From Auanema rhodensis (taxonomy: Eukaryota; Animalia; Nematoda), in contig OZ059899.1 of the NCBI GenBank assembly GCA_964057225.1, forward strand, positions 17,732,001-17,796,000: a stretch of DNA of 64,000 bases, read 5' to 3'. The notes under the pieces were generated by a model. It did no database searches. It saw only the letters and a program-made list of their open reading frames with translations, and was not told the DNA's origin. Positions 38,901 to 53,770 of this stretch are shown here, one piece after another; the stretch's first letter is position 1; each line of letters begins with the position of its first letter. The translations under genes and the position numbers were made by a program.

Positions 38901-41900
38901 CAATTTTTATGAGATTTTTCATCATCTTACAACAAATTCAATTGAATCTAACATGAGTTATTTTTTCGTTTTGAAAAGCATTGAATATCATTGTTCCTTG
39001 TAATATTGGATTTGATTATTGCTTTGTTAGCTTTATGATTTTTGCTACTGTATAGCTTCAGTTTGCTGCTCTAGCTGGTTTTCAATTTTTATGAGATTTT
39101 GCATCATCTTACAACAAATTCAATTAAATCTAACATGAAATGTTTTTTCGTTTTGAAAAGCATTGAATATCATTGTTCCTTATAATATTGGATTTGAATA
39201 TTGCTTCGATAGTTTTATGATTTTTGCTACTACATGTCATGTGTTTACTGCTCTAGCTGGTTTTCAATTTTTATGGGATATTTCATCATCTTACAACAAA
39301 TTCAATTGAATCTAACATGAAATATTTTTTCGTTTTGAAAAGCATTGAATATCATTGTTCCTTATAATATTGGATTTGAATATTGCTTCGATAGTTTTAT
39401 GATTTTTGCTACTACATGTCATGTGTTTACTGCTCTAGCTGGTTTTCAATTTTTATGAGATTTTTCATCATCTTACAACAAATTCAATTGAATCTAACAT
39501 GAGTTATTTTTTCGTTTTGAAAAGCATTGAATATCATTGTTCCTTGTAATATTGGATTTGATTATTGCTTTGTTAGCTTTATGATTTTTGCTACTGTATA
39601 GCTTCAGTTTGCTGCTCTAGCTGGTTTTCAATTTTTATGAGATTTCGCATCATCTTATAACAAATTCAATTGAATCTAACATGAAATATTTTTTCGTTTT
39701 GAAAAGCATTGAATATCATTGTTCCTTATAATATTGGATTTGAATATTGCTTCGATAGTTTTATGATTTTTGCTACTACATGTCATGTGTTTACTGCTCT
39801 AGCTGGTTTTCAATTTTTATGAGATTTTTCATCATCTTACAACAAATTCAATTGAATCTAACATGAGTTATTTTTTCGTTTTGAAAAGCATTGAATATCA
39901 TTGTTCCTTGTAATATTGGATTTGATTATTGCTTTGTTAGCTTTATGATTTTTGCTACTGTGTAGCTTCAGTTTGCTGCTCTAGCTGGTTTTCAATTTTT
40001 ATGAGATTTCGCATCATCTTATAACAAATTCAATTAAATCTAACATGAAATATTTTTTCGTTTTGAAAAGCATTGAATATCATTGTTCCTTATAATATTG
40101 GATTTGAATATTGCTTCGTTAGTTTTATGATTTTTGCTACTACATGTCATGTGTTTACTGCTCTAGCTGGATTTCAATTTTTATGAGATTTTGCATCATC
40201 TTACAACAAATTCAATTAAATCTAACATGAAATGTTTTTTCGTTTTGAAAAGCATTGAATATCATTGTTCCTTGTAATATTGGATTTGATTATTGCTTTG
40301 TTAGCTTTATGATTTTTGCTACTGTGTAGCTTCAGTTTGCTGCTCTAGCTGGTTTTCAATTTTTATGAGATATTTCATCATCTTACAACAAATTCAATTG
40401 AATCTAACATGAAATATTTTTTCGTTTTGAAAAGCATTGAATATCATTGTTCCTTATAATATTGGATTTGAATATTGCTTCGATAGTTTTATGATTTTTG
40501 CTACTACATGTCATGTGTTTACTGCTCTAGCTGGTTTTCAATTTTTATGAGATTTTTCATCATCTTACAACAAATTCAATTGAATCTAACATGAGTTATT
40601 TTTTCGTTTTGAAAAGCATTGAATATCATTGTTCCTTGTAATATTGGATTTGATTATTGCTTTGTTAGCTTTATGATTTTTGCTACTGTATAGCTTCAGT
40701 TTGCTGCTCTAGCTGGTTTTCAATTTTTATGAGATTTCGCATCATCTTATAACAAATTCAATTGAATCTAACATGAAATATTTTTTCGTTTTGAAAAGCA
40801 TTGAATATCATTGTTCCTTATAATATTGGATTTGAATATTGCTTCGATAGTTTTATGATTTTTGCTACTACATGTCATGTGTTTACTGCTCTAGCTGGTT
40901 TTCAATTTTTATGAGATTTTTCATCATCTTACAACAAATTCAATTGAATCTAACATGAGTTATTTTTTCGTTTTGAAAAGCATTGAATATCATTGTTCCT
41001 TGTAATATTGGATTTGATTATTGCTTTGTTAGCTTTATGATTTTTGCTACTGTATAGCTTCAGTTTGCTGCTCTAGCTGGTTTTCAATTTTTATGAGATT
41101 TCGCATCATCTTATAACAAATTCAATTAAATCTAACATGAAATATTTTTTCGTTTTGAAAAGCATTGAATATCATTGTTCCTTATAATATTGGATTTGAA
41201 TATTGCTTCGTTAGTTTTATGATTTTTGCTACTACATGTCATGTGTTTACTGCTCTAGCTGGATTTCAATTTTTATGAGATTTTTCATCATCTTACAACA
41301 AATTCAATTGAATCTAACATGAGTTATTTTTTCGTTTTGAAAAGCATTGAATATCATTGTTCCTTGTAATATTGGATTTGATTATTGCTTTGTTAGCTTT
41401 ATGATTTTTGCTACTGTGTAGCTTCAGTTTGCTGCTCTAGCTGGTTTTCAATTTTTATGAGATATTTCATCATCTTACAACAAATTCAATTGAATCTAAC
41501 ATGAAATATTTTTTCGTTTTGAAAAGCATTGAATATCATTGTTCCTTGTAATATTGGATTTGATTATTGCTTTGTTAGCTTTATGATTTTTGCTACTGTG
41601 TAGCTTCAGTTTGCTGCTCTAGCTGGTTTTCAATTTTTATGAGATATTTCATCATCTTACAACAAATTCAATTGAATCTAACATGAAATATTTTTTCGTT
41701 TTGAAAAGCATTGAATATCATTGTTCCTTGTAATATTGGATTTGATTATTGCTTTGTTAGCTTCATGATTTTTGCTACTGTATAGCTTCAGTTTGCTGCT
41801 CTAGCTGGTTTTCAATTTTTATGAGATTTTTCATCATCTTACAAGAAATTCAATTGAATCTAACATGAATTTTTTTTTCGTTTTGAAAAGCATTGAATAT

Positions 41901-44900
41901 CATTGTTCCTTGTAATATTGGATTTGAATATTGCTTCGTTAGTTTTATGATTTTTGCTACTATATGTCATTTGTTTACTGCTCTAGCTGCTGTTCACTTT
42001 TTATGAGATTTTTCATCATCTTACAACAAATTCAATTGAATCTAACATGAGTTATTTTTTCGTTTTGAAAAGCATTGAATATCATTGTTCCTTATAATAT
42101 TGGATTTGAATATTGCTTCGTTAGTTTTATGATTTTTGCTACTACATGTCATGTGTTTACTGCTCTAGCTGGATTTCAATTTTTATGAGATTTTTCATCA
42201 TCTTACAACAAATTCAATTGAATCTAACATGAGTTATTTTTTCGTTTTGAAAAGCATTGAATATCATTGTTCCTTGTAATATTGGATTTGATTATTGCTT
42301 TGTTAGCTTTATGATTTTTGCTACTGTATAGCTTCAGTTTGCTGCTCTAGCTGGTTTTCAATTTTTATGAGATTTTGCATCATCTTACAACAAATTCAAT
42401 TGAATCTAACATGAAATATTTTTTCGTTTTGAAAAGCATTGAATATCATTGTTCCTTATAATATTGGATTTGAATATTGCTTCGTTAGTTTTATGATTTT
42501 TGCTACTGTATAGCTTCAGTTTGCTGCTCTAGCTGGTTTTCAATTTTTATGAGATTTTTCATCATCTTACAACAAATTCAATTGAATCTAACATGAATTA
42601 TTTTTTCGTTTTGAAAAGCATTGAATATCTTTGTTCCTTGTAATATTGGATTTGAATATTGCTTTGTTAGCTTTAAGATTTTTGCTACTACATGCCCTGT
42701 GTTTACTGCTCTAGCTAGTTTTCAATTTTTATGAGATTTTTCATCATCTTACAACAAATTCATTTGAATCTCATGTGAATTATTTTTTTTTTTAAAAAAG
42801 CATTGAATTTCATTGTTTCTTGTAATGATGGATTTGAATATTGCTTCGTTAGTTTTATGATTTTTGCTACTGTATAGCTTCAGTTTGCTGCTCTAGCTGG
42901 TTTTCAATTTTTATGAGATTTTTCATCATCTTACAACAAATTCAATTGAATCTAACATGAAATATTTTTTCGTTTTGAAAAGCATTGAATATCATTGTTC
43001 CTTGTAATATTGGATTTGAATATTGCTTTGTTAGCTTTATGATTTTTGCTACTGTATAGCTTCAGTTTGCTGCTCTAGCTGGTTTTCAATTTTTATGAGA
43101 TTTTTCATCATCTTACAACAAATTCATTTGAATCTAACATGAACTATTTTTTCGTTTCAAATAGTAGTGAATATCATTGTTTCTTGTAATATTGGATTTG
43201 AATATTGCTTTGTTTGCTTTAAGATTTTTGCTACTACATGCCCTGTGTTTACTGCTCTAGCTGGTTTTCAATTTTTATGAGATTTTTCATCATCTTACAA
43301 CAAATTCAATTGAATCTAACATGAAATATTTTTTCGTTTTGAAAAGCATTGAATTTCATTGTTCCTTGTAATATTGGATTTGAATATTGCTTTGTTAGCT
43401 TTATGATTTTTGCTACTGTATAGCTTCAGTTTGCTGCTCTAGCTGGTTTTCAATTTTTATGAGATTTTTCATCATCTTACAACAAATTCATTTGAATCTA
43501 ACATGAACTATTTTTTCGTTTCAAATAGTAGTGAATATCATTGTTTCTTGTAATATTGGATTTGAATATTGCTTTGTTTGCTTTAAGATTTTTGCTACTA
43601 CATGCCCTGTGTTTACTGCTCTAGCTGGTTTTCAATTTTTATGAGATTTTTCATCATCTTACAACAAATTCAATTGAATCTAACATGAAATATTTTTTCG
43701 TTTTGAAAAGCATTGAATTTCATTGTTTCTTGTAATGATGGATTTGAATATTGCTTCGTTAGTTTTATGATTTTTGCTACTGTATAGCTTCAGTTTGCTG
43801 CTCTAGCTGGTTTTCAATTTTTATGAGATTTTGCATCATCTTACAACAAATTCAATTGAATCTAACATGAAATATTTTTTCGTTTTGAAAAGCATTGAAT
43901 ATCATTGTTCCTTATAATATTGGATTTGAATATTGCTTCGTTAGTTTTATGATTTTTGCTACTGTATAGCTTCAGTTTGCTGCTCTAGCTGGTTTTCAAT
44001 TTTTATGAGATTTTTCATCATCTTACAACAAATTCAATTGAATCTAACATGAATTATTTTTTCGTTTTGAAAAGCATTGAATATCTTTGTTCCTTGTAAT
44101 ATTGGATTTGATTATTGCTTTGTTAGCTTTATGATTTTTGCTACTGTATAGCTTCAGTTTGCTGCTCTAGCTGGTTTTCAATTTTTATGAGATTTTGCAT
44201 CATCTTACAACAAATTCAATTAAATCTAACATGAAATATTTTTTCGTTTTGAAAAGCATTGAATATCATTGTTCCTTATAATATTGGATTTGAATATTGC
44301 TTCGATAGTTTTATGATTTTTGCTACTACATGTCATGTGTTTACTGCTCTAGCTGGATTTCAATTTTTATGAGATATTTCATCATCTTACAACAAATTCA
44401 ATTGAATCTAACATGAAATATTTTTTCGTTTTGAAAAGCATTGAATATCATTGTTCCTTATAATATTGGATTTGAATATTGCTTCGATAGTTTTATGATT
44501 TTTGCTACTACATGTCATGTGTTTACTGCTCTAGCTGGTTTTCAATTTTTATGAGATTTTTCATCATCTTACAACAAATTCAATTGAATCTAACATGAGT
44601 TATTTTTTCGTTTTGAAAAGCATTGAATATCATTGTTCCTTGTAATATTGGATTTGATTATTGCTTTGTTAGCTTTATGATTTTTGCTACTGTATAGCTT
44701 CAGTTTGCTGCTCTAGCTGGTTTTCAATTTTTATGAGATTTTGCATCATCTTACAACAAATTCAATTAAATCTAACATGAAATATTTTTTCGTTTTGAAA
44801 AGCATTGAATATCATTGTTCCTTATAATATTGGATTTGAATATTGCTTCGTTAGTTTTATGATTTTTGCTACTACATGTCATGTGTTTACTGCTCTAGCT

Positions 44901-47900
44901 GGATTTCAATTTTTATGAGATTTTTCATCATCTTACAACAAATTCAATTGAATCTAACATGAGTTATTTTTTCGTTTTGAAAAGCATTGAATATCATTGT
45001 TCCTTGTAATATTGGATTTGATTATTGCTTTGTTAGCTTTATGATTTTTGCTACTGTGTAGCTTCAGTTTGCTGCTCTAGCTGGTTTTCAATTTTTATGA
45101 GATATTTCATCATCTTACAACAAATTCAATTGAATCTAACATGAAATATTTTTTCGTTTTGAAAAGCATTGAATATCATTGTTCCTTGTAATATTGGATT
45201 TGATTATTGCTTTGTTAGCTTTATGATTTTTGCTACTGTGTAGCTTCAGTTTGCTGCTCTAGCTGGTTTTCAATTTTTATGAGATATTTCATCATCTTAC
45301 AACAAATTCAATTGAATCTAACATGAAATATTTTTTCGTTTTGAAAAGCATTGAATATCATTGTTCCTTGTAATATTGGATTTGATTATTGCTTTGTTAG
45401 CTTCATGATTTTTGCTACTGTATAGCTTCAGTTTGCTGCTCTAGCTGGTTTTCAATTTTTATGAGATTTTTCATCATCTTACAAGAAATTCAATTGAATC
45501 TAACATGAATTTTTTTTTCGTTTTGAAAAGCATTGAATATCATTGTTCCTTGTAATATTGGATTTGAATATTGCTTCGTTAGTTTTATGATTTTTGCTAC
45601 TATATGTCATTTGTTTACTGCTCTAGCTGCTGTTCACTTTTTATGAGATTTTTCATCATCTTACAACAAATTCAATTGAATCTAACATGAAATATTTTTT
45701 CGTTTTGAAAAGCATTGAATATCATTGTTCCTTATAATATTGGATTTGAATATTGCTTCGTTAGTTTTATGATTTTTGCTACTACATGTCATGTGTTTAC
45801 TGCTCTAGCTGGTTTTCAATTTTTATGAGATTTTTCATCATCTTACAACAAATTCAATTGAATCTAACATGAGTTATTTTTTCGTTTTGAAAAGCATTGA
45901 ATATCATTGTTCCTTGTAATATTGGATTTGATTATTGCTTTGTTAGCTTTATGATTTTTGCTACTGTATAGCTTCAGTTTGCTGCTCTAGCTGGTTTTCA
46001 ATTTTTATGAGATTTTGCATCATCTTACAACAAATTCAATTAAATCTAACATGAAATATTTTTTCGTTTTGAAAAGCATTGAATATCATTGTTCCTTATA
46101 ATATTGGATTTGAATATTGCTTCGATAGTTTTATGATTTTTGCTACTACATGTCATGTGTTTACTGCTCTAGCTGGTTTTCAATTTTTATGAGATTTTTC
46201 ATCATCTTACAACAAATTCAATTGAATCTAACATGAGTTATTTTTTCGTTTTGAAAAGCATTGAATATCATTGTTCCTTGTAATATTGGATTTGATTATT
46301 GCTTTGTTAGCTTTATGATTTTTGCTGCTGTGTAGCTTCAGTTTGCTGCTCTAGCTGGTTTTCAATTTTTATGAGATTTTTCATCATCTTACAACAAATT
46401 CAATTGAATCTAACATGAGTTATTTTTTCGTTTTGAAAAGCATTGAATATCATTGTTCCTTGTAATATTGGATTTGATTATTGCTTTGTTAGCTTTATGA
46501 TTTTTGCTACTGTGTAGCTTCAGTTTGCTGCTCTAGCTGGTTTTCAATTTTTATGAGATATTTCATCATCTTACAACAAATTCAATTGAATCTAACATGA
46601 GTTATTTTTTCGTTTTGAAAAGCATTGAATATCATTGTTCCTTGTAATATTGGATTTGATTATTGCTTTGTTAGCTTTATGATTTTTGCTACTGTATAGC
46701 TTCAGTTTGCTGCTCTAGCTGGTTTTCAATTTTTATGAGATTTTTCATCATCTTACAACAAATTCAATTGAATCTAACATGAAATATTTTTTCGTTTTGA
46801 AAAGCATTGAATATCTTTGTTCCTTGTAATATTGGATTTGAATATTGCTTTGTTAGCTTTAAGATTTTTGCTACTACATGCCCTGTGTTTACTGCTCTAG
46901 CTAGTTTTCAATTTTTATGAGATTTTTCATCATCTTACAACAAATTCATTTGAATCTCATGTGAATTATTTTTTTTTTTAAAAAAGCATTGAATTTCATT
47001 GTTTCTTGTAATGATGGATTTGAATATTGCTTCGTTAGTTTTATGATTTTTGCTACTGTATAGCTTCAGTTTGCTGCTCTAGCTGGTTTTCAATTTTTAT
47101 GAGATTTTTCATCATCTTACAACAAATTCAATTGAATCTAACATGAAATATTTTTTCGTTTTGAAAAGCATTGAATATCATTGTTCCTTGTAATATTGGA
47201 TTTGAATATTGCTTTGTTAGCTTTATGATTTTTGCTACTGTATAGCTTCAGTTTGCTGCTCTAGCTGGTTTTCAATTTTTATGAGATTTTTCATCATCTT
47301 ACAACAAATTCATTTGAATCTAACATGAACTATTTTTTCGTTTCAAATAGTAGTGAATATCATTGTTTCTTGTAATATTGGATTTGAATATTGCTTTGTT
47401 TGCTTTAAGATTTTTGCTACTACATGCCCTGTGTTTACTGCTCTAGCTGGTTTTCAATTTTTATGAGATTTTTCATCATCTTACAACAAATTCAATTGAA
47501 TCTAACATGAAATATTTTTTCGTTTTGAAAAGCATTGAATTTCATTGTTCCTTGTAATATTGGATTTGAATATTGCTTTGTTAGCTTTATGATTTTTGCT
47601 ACTGTATAGCTTCAGTTTGCTGCTCTAGCTGGTTTTCAATTTTTATGAGATTTTTCATCATCTTACAACAAATTCATTTGAATCTAACATGAACTATTTT
47701 TTCGTTTCAAATAGTAGTGAATATCATTGTTTCTTGTAATATTGGATTTGAATATTGCTTTGTTTGCTTTAAGATTTTTGCTACTACATGCCCTGTGTTT
47801 ACTGCTCTAGCTGGTTTTCAATTTTTATGAGATTTTTCATCATCTTACAACAAATTCAATTGAATCTAACATGAAATATTTTTTCGTTTTGAAAAGCATT

Positions 47901-50900
47901 GAATTTCATTGTTTCTTGTAATGATGGATTTGAATATTGCTTCGTTAGTTTTATGATTTTTGCTACTGTATAGCTTCAGTTTGCTGCTCTAGCTGGTTTT
48001 CAATTTTTATGAGATTTTGCATCATCTTACAACAAATTCAATTGAATCTAACATGAAATATTTTTTCGTTTTGAAAAGCATTGAATATCATTGTTCCTTA
48101 TAATATTGGATTTGAATATTGCTTCGTTAGTTTTATGATTTTTGCTACTGTATAGCTTCAGTTTGCTGCTCTAGCTGGTTTTCAATTTTTATGAGATTTT
48201 TCATCATCTTACAACAAATTCAATTAAATCTAACATGAAATATTTTTTCGTTTTGAAAAGCATTGAATATCATTGTTCCTTATAATATTGGATTTGAATA
48301 TTGCTTCGATAGTTTTATGATTTTTGCTACTACATGTCATGTGTTTACTGCTCTAGCTGGATTTCAATTTTTATGAGATATTTCATCATCTTACAACAAA
48401 TTCAATTGAATCTAACATGAAATATTTTTTCGTTTTGAAAAGCATTGAATATCATTGTTCCTTATAATATTGGATTTGAATATTGCTTCGATAGTTTTAT
48501 GATTTTTGCTACTACATGTCATGTGTTTACTGCTCTAGCTGGTTTTCAATTTTTATGAGATTTTTCATCATCTTACAACAAATTCAATTGAATCTAACAT
48601 GAAATATTTTTTCGTTTTGAAAAGCATTGAATATCATTGTTCCTTGTAATATTGGATTTGATTATTGCTTTGTTAGCTTCATGATTTTTGCTACTGTATA
48701 GCTTCAGTTTGCTGCTCTAGCTGGTTTTCAATTTTTATGAGATTTTTCATCATCTTACAAGAAATTCAATTGAATCTAACATGAATTTTTTTTTCGTTTT
48801 GAAAAGCATTGAATATCATTGTTCCTTGTAATATTGGATTTGAATATTGCTTCGTTAGTTTTATGATTTTTGCTACTATATGTCATTTGTTTACTGCTCT
48901 AGCTGCTGTTCACTTTTTATGAGATTTTTCATCATCTTACAACAAATTCAATTGAATCTAACATGAAATATTTTTTCGTTTTGAAAAGCATTGAATATCA
49001 TTGTTCCTTATAATATTGGATTTGAATATTGCTTCGTTAGTTTTATGATTTTTGCTACTACATGTCATGTGTTTACTGCTCTAGCTGGTTTTCAATTTTT
49101 ATGAGATTTTTCATCATCTTACAACAAATTCAATTGAATCTAACATGAGTTATTTTTTCGTTTTGAAAAGCATTGAATATCATTGTTCCTTGTAATATTG
49201 GATTTGATTATTGCTTTGTTAGCTTTATGATTTTTGCTACTGTATAGCTTCAGTTTGCTGCTCTAGCTGGTTTTCAATTTTTATGAGATTTTGCATCATC
49301 TTACAACAAATTCAATTAAATCTAACATGAAATATTTTTTCGTTTTGAAAAGCATTGAATATCATTGTTCCTTATAATATTGGATTTGAATATTGCTTCG
49401 ATAGTTTTATGATTTTTGCTACTACATGTCATGTGTTTACTGCTCTAGCTGGTTTTCAATTTTTATGAGATTTTTCATCATCTTACAACAAATTCAATTG
49501 AATCTAACATGAGTTATTTTTTCGTTTTGAAAAGCATTGAATATCATTGTTCCTTGTAATATTGGATTTGATTATTGCTTTGTTAGCTTTATGATTTTTG
49601 CTACTGTGTAGCTTCAGTTTGCTGCTCTAGCTGGTTTTCAATTTTTATGAGATTTTTCATCATCTTACAACAAATTCAATTGAATCTAACATGAGTTATT
49701 TTTTCGTTTTGAAAAGCATTGAATATCATTGTTCCTTGTAATATTGGATTTGATTATTGCTTTGTTAGCTTTATGATTTTTGCTACTGTGTAGCTTCAGT
49801 TTGCTGCTCTAGCTGGTTTTCAATTTTTATGAGATATTTCATCATCTTACAACAAATTCAATTGAATCTAACATGAGTTATTTTTTCGTTTTGAAAAGCA
49901 TTGAATATCATTGTTCCTTGTAATATTGGATTTGATTATTGCTTTGTTAGCTTTATGATTTTTGCTACTGTATAGCTTCAGTTTGCTGCTCTAGCTGGTT
50001 TTCAATTTTTATGAGATTTTTCATCATCTTACAACAAATTCAATTGAATCTAACATGAAATATTTTTTCGTTTTGAAAAGCATTGAATATCATTGTTCCT
50101 TATAATATTGGATTTGAATATTGCTTCGTTAGTTTTATGATTTTTGCTACTACATGTCATGTGTTTACTGCTCTAGCTGGATTTCAATTTTTATGAGATT
50201 TTTCATCATCTTACAACAAATTCAATTGAATCTAACATGAGTTATTTTTTCGTTTTGAAAAGCATTGAATATCATTGTTCCTTGTAATATTGGATTTGAT
50301 TATTGCTTTGTTAGCTTTATGATTTTTGCTACTGTGTAGCTTCAGTTTGCTGCTCTAGCTGGTTTTCAATTTTTATGAGATATTTCATCATCTTACAACA
50401 AATTCAATTGAATCTAACATGAAATATTTTTTCGTTTTGAAAAGCATTGAATATCATTGTTCCTTGTAATATTGGATTTGATTATTGCTTTGTTAGCTTT
50501 ATGATTTTTGCTACTGTGTAGCTTCAGTTTGCTGCTCTAGCTGGTTTTCAATTTTTATGAGATATTTCATCATCTTACAACAAATTCAATTGAATCTAAC
50601 ATGAAATATTTTTTCGTTTTGAAAAGCATTGAATATCATTGTTCCTTGTAATATTGGATTTGATTATTGCTTTGTTAGCTTCATGATTTTTGCTACTGTA
50701 TAGCTTCAGTTTGCTGCTCTAGCTGGTTTTCAATTTTTATGAGATTTTTCATCATCTTACAAGAAATTCAATTGAATCTAACATGAATTTTTTTTTCGTT
50801 TTGAAAAGCATTGAATATCATTGTTCCTTGTAATATTGGATTTGAATATTGCTTCGTTAGTTTTATGATTTTTGCTACTATATGTCATTTGTTTACTGCT

Positions 50901-53762
50901 CTAGCTGCTGTTCACTTTTTATGAGATTTTTCATCATCTTACAACAAATTCAATTGAATCTAACATGAAATATTTTTTCGTTTTGAAAAGCATTGAATAT
51001 CATTGTTCCTTATAATATTGGATTTGAATATTGCTTCGTTAGTTTTATGATTTTTGCTACTACATGTCATGTGTTTACTGCTCTAGCTGGTTTTCAATTT
51101 TTATGAGATTTTTCATCATCTTACAACAAATTCAATTGAATCTAACATGAGTTATTTTTTCGTTTTGAAAAGCATTGAATATCATTGTTCCTTGTAATAT
51201 TGGATTTGATTATTGCTTTGTTAGCTTTATGATTTTTGCTACTGTATAGCTTCAGTTTGCTGCTCTAGCTGGTTTTCAATTTTTATGAGATTTTGCATCA
51301 TCTTACAACAAATTCAATTAAATCTAACATGAAATATTTTTTCGTTTTGAAAAGCATTGAATATCATTGTTCCTTATAATATTGGATTTGAATATTGCTT
51401 CGATAGTTTTATGATTTTTGCTACTACATGTCATGTGTTTACTGCTCTAGCTGGTTTTCAATTTTTATGAGATTTTTCATCATCTTACAACAAATTCAAT
51501 TGAATCTAACATGAGTTATTTTTTCGTTTTGAAAAGCATTGAATATCATTGTTCCTTGTAATATTGGATTTGATTATTGCTTTGTTAGCTTTATGATTTT
51601 TGCTACTGTGTAGCTTCAGTTTGCTGCTCTAGCTGGTTTTCAATTTTTATGAGATTTTTCATCATCTTACAACAAATTCAATTGAATCTAACATGAAATA
51701 TTTTTTCGTTTTGAAAAGCATTGAATATCATTGTTCCTTGTAATATTGGATTTGATTATTGCTTTGTTAGCTTTATGATTTTTGCTACTGTATAGCTTCA
51801 GTTTGCTGCTCTAGCTGGTTTTCACTTTTTATGAGATTTTTCATCATCTTACAACAAATTCAATTGAATCTCATGTGAATTATTTTTTTTTTTAAAAAAG
51901 CATTGAATTTCATTGTTTCTTGTAATGATGGATTTGAATATTGCTTTGTTAGCTTTATGATTTTTGCTACTGTTTAGCTTCAGTTTGCTGCTCTAGCTGG
52001 TTTTCAATTTTTATGAGATTTTTCATCATCTTACAACAAATTCATTTGAATCTAACATGAACTATTTTTTCGTTTCAAATAGTAGTGAATATCATTGTTC
52101 CTTATAATATTGGATTTGAATATTGCTTCGTTAGTTTTATGATTTTTGCTACTACATGTCATGTGTTTACTGCTCTAGCTGGTTTTCAATTTTTATGAGA
52201 TTTTTCATCATCTTACAACAAATTCAATTGAATCTAACATGAGTTATTTTTTCGTTTTGAAAAGCATTGAATATCATTGTTCCTTGTAATATTGGATTTG
52301 ATTATTGCTTTGTTAGCTTTATGATTTTTGCTACTGTATAGCTTCAGTTTGCTGCTCTAGCTGGTTTTCAATTTTTATGAGATTTTGCATCATCTTACAA
52401 CAAATTCAATTAAATCTAACATGAAATATTTTTTCGTTTTGAAAAGCATTGAATATCATTGTTCCTTATAATATTGGATTTGAATATTGCTTCGATAGTT
52501 TTATGATTTTTGCTACTACATGTCATGTGTTTACTGCTCTAGCTGGTTTTCAATTTTTATGAGATTTTTCATCATCTTACAACAAATTCAATTGAATCTA
52601 ACATGAGTTATTTTTTCGTTTTGAAAAGCATTGAATATCATTGTTCCTTGTAATATTGGATTTGATTATTGCTTTGTTAGCTTTATGATTTTTGCTACTG
52701 TGTAGCTTCAGTTTGCTGCTCTAGCTGGTTTTCAATTTTTATGAGATTTTTCATCATCTTACAACAAATTCAATTGAATCTAACATGAAATATTTTTTCG
52801 TTTTGAAAAGCATTGAATATCATTGTTCCTTGTAATATTGGATTTGATTATTGCTTTGTTAGCTTTATGATTTTTGCTACTGTATAGCTTCAGTTTGCTG
52901 CTCTAGCTGGTTTTCAATTTTTATGAGATTTTGCATCATCTTACAACAAATTCAATTGAATCTAACATGAATTTTTTTTTCGTTTTGAAAAGCATTGAAT
53001 ATCATTGTTCCTTGTAATATTGGATTTGAATATTGCTTCGTTAGTTTTATGATTTTTGCTACTGTATAGCTTCAGTTTGCTGCTCTAGCTGGTTTTCAAT
53101 TTTTATGAGATTTTTCATCATCTTACAACAAATTCAATTGAATCTAACATGAATTATTTTTTCGTTTTGAAAAGCATTGAATATCATTGTTCCTTGTAAT
53201 ATTGGATTTGAATATTGCTTTGTTAGCTTTAAGATGTTTGCTTATGCATAGCTTCAGTTTGCTGCTCTAGCTGGTTTTCACTTTTTATGAGATTTTTCAT
53301 CATCTTACAACAAATTCAATTGAATCTCATGTGAATTATTTTTTTTTTTAAAAAAGCATTGAATTTCATTGTTTCTTGTAATGATGGATTTGAATATTGC
53401 TTTGTTAGCTTTATGATTTTTGCTACTGTTTAGCTTCAGTTTGCTGCTCTAGCTGGTTTTCAATTTTTATGAGATTTTTCATCATCTTACAACAAATTCA
53501 TTTGAATCTAACATGAACTATTTTTTCGTTTCAAATAGTAGTGAATATCATTGTTTCTTGTAATATTGGATTTGAATATTGCTTTGTTTGCTTTAAGATT
53601 TTTGCTACTACATGCCCTGTGTTTACTGCTCTAGCTGGTTTTCAATTTTTATGAGATTTTTCATCATCTTACAACAAATTCAATTGAATCTAACATGAGT
53701 TATTTTTTCGTTTTGAAAAGCATTGAATTTCATTGTTTCTTGTAATGATGGATTTGAATATT
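35918..53762 (+). repeat. Satellite B, 182-bp tandem monomer, T-rich strand on +, 98 monomers + 9 bp
   Basis: ATGATTTTTGCTAC recurs at 35941, 36123, 36305, 36487 (period 182). TTGAATATT at 35918 and 53754 lies 98x182 apart, so there is no net indel. Confidence 0.99.
36024..36035. other. 12-bp perfect palindrome ATTCAATTGAAT in most satellite B monomers (example copy)
   Basis: Read directly. It is broken in the ATTAAATC, CATTTGAA and CAATAGAA variants. Confidence 0.9.
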
Positions 53763-53770
53763 CATCTCAT
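53651..53770. other. Inversion junction / centre of satellite B macro-dyad (106-bp spacer, 53658-53763)
   Basis: ...GATTTGAATATT-C-ATCTCATAAAAATTG...; ATGAGAT at 53651-53657 mirrors ATCTCAT at 53764-53770. Confidence 0.93.

Noticed and set aside
22715-53762. A single 31-kb inversion explaining both dyads
   Set aside because: Flipping the segment gives A-B-A-B with both breakpoints exactly at A/B borders and restores no intact monomer at either end. This is less parsimonious than separate events, though not strictly excluded.
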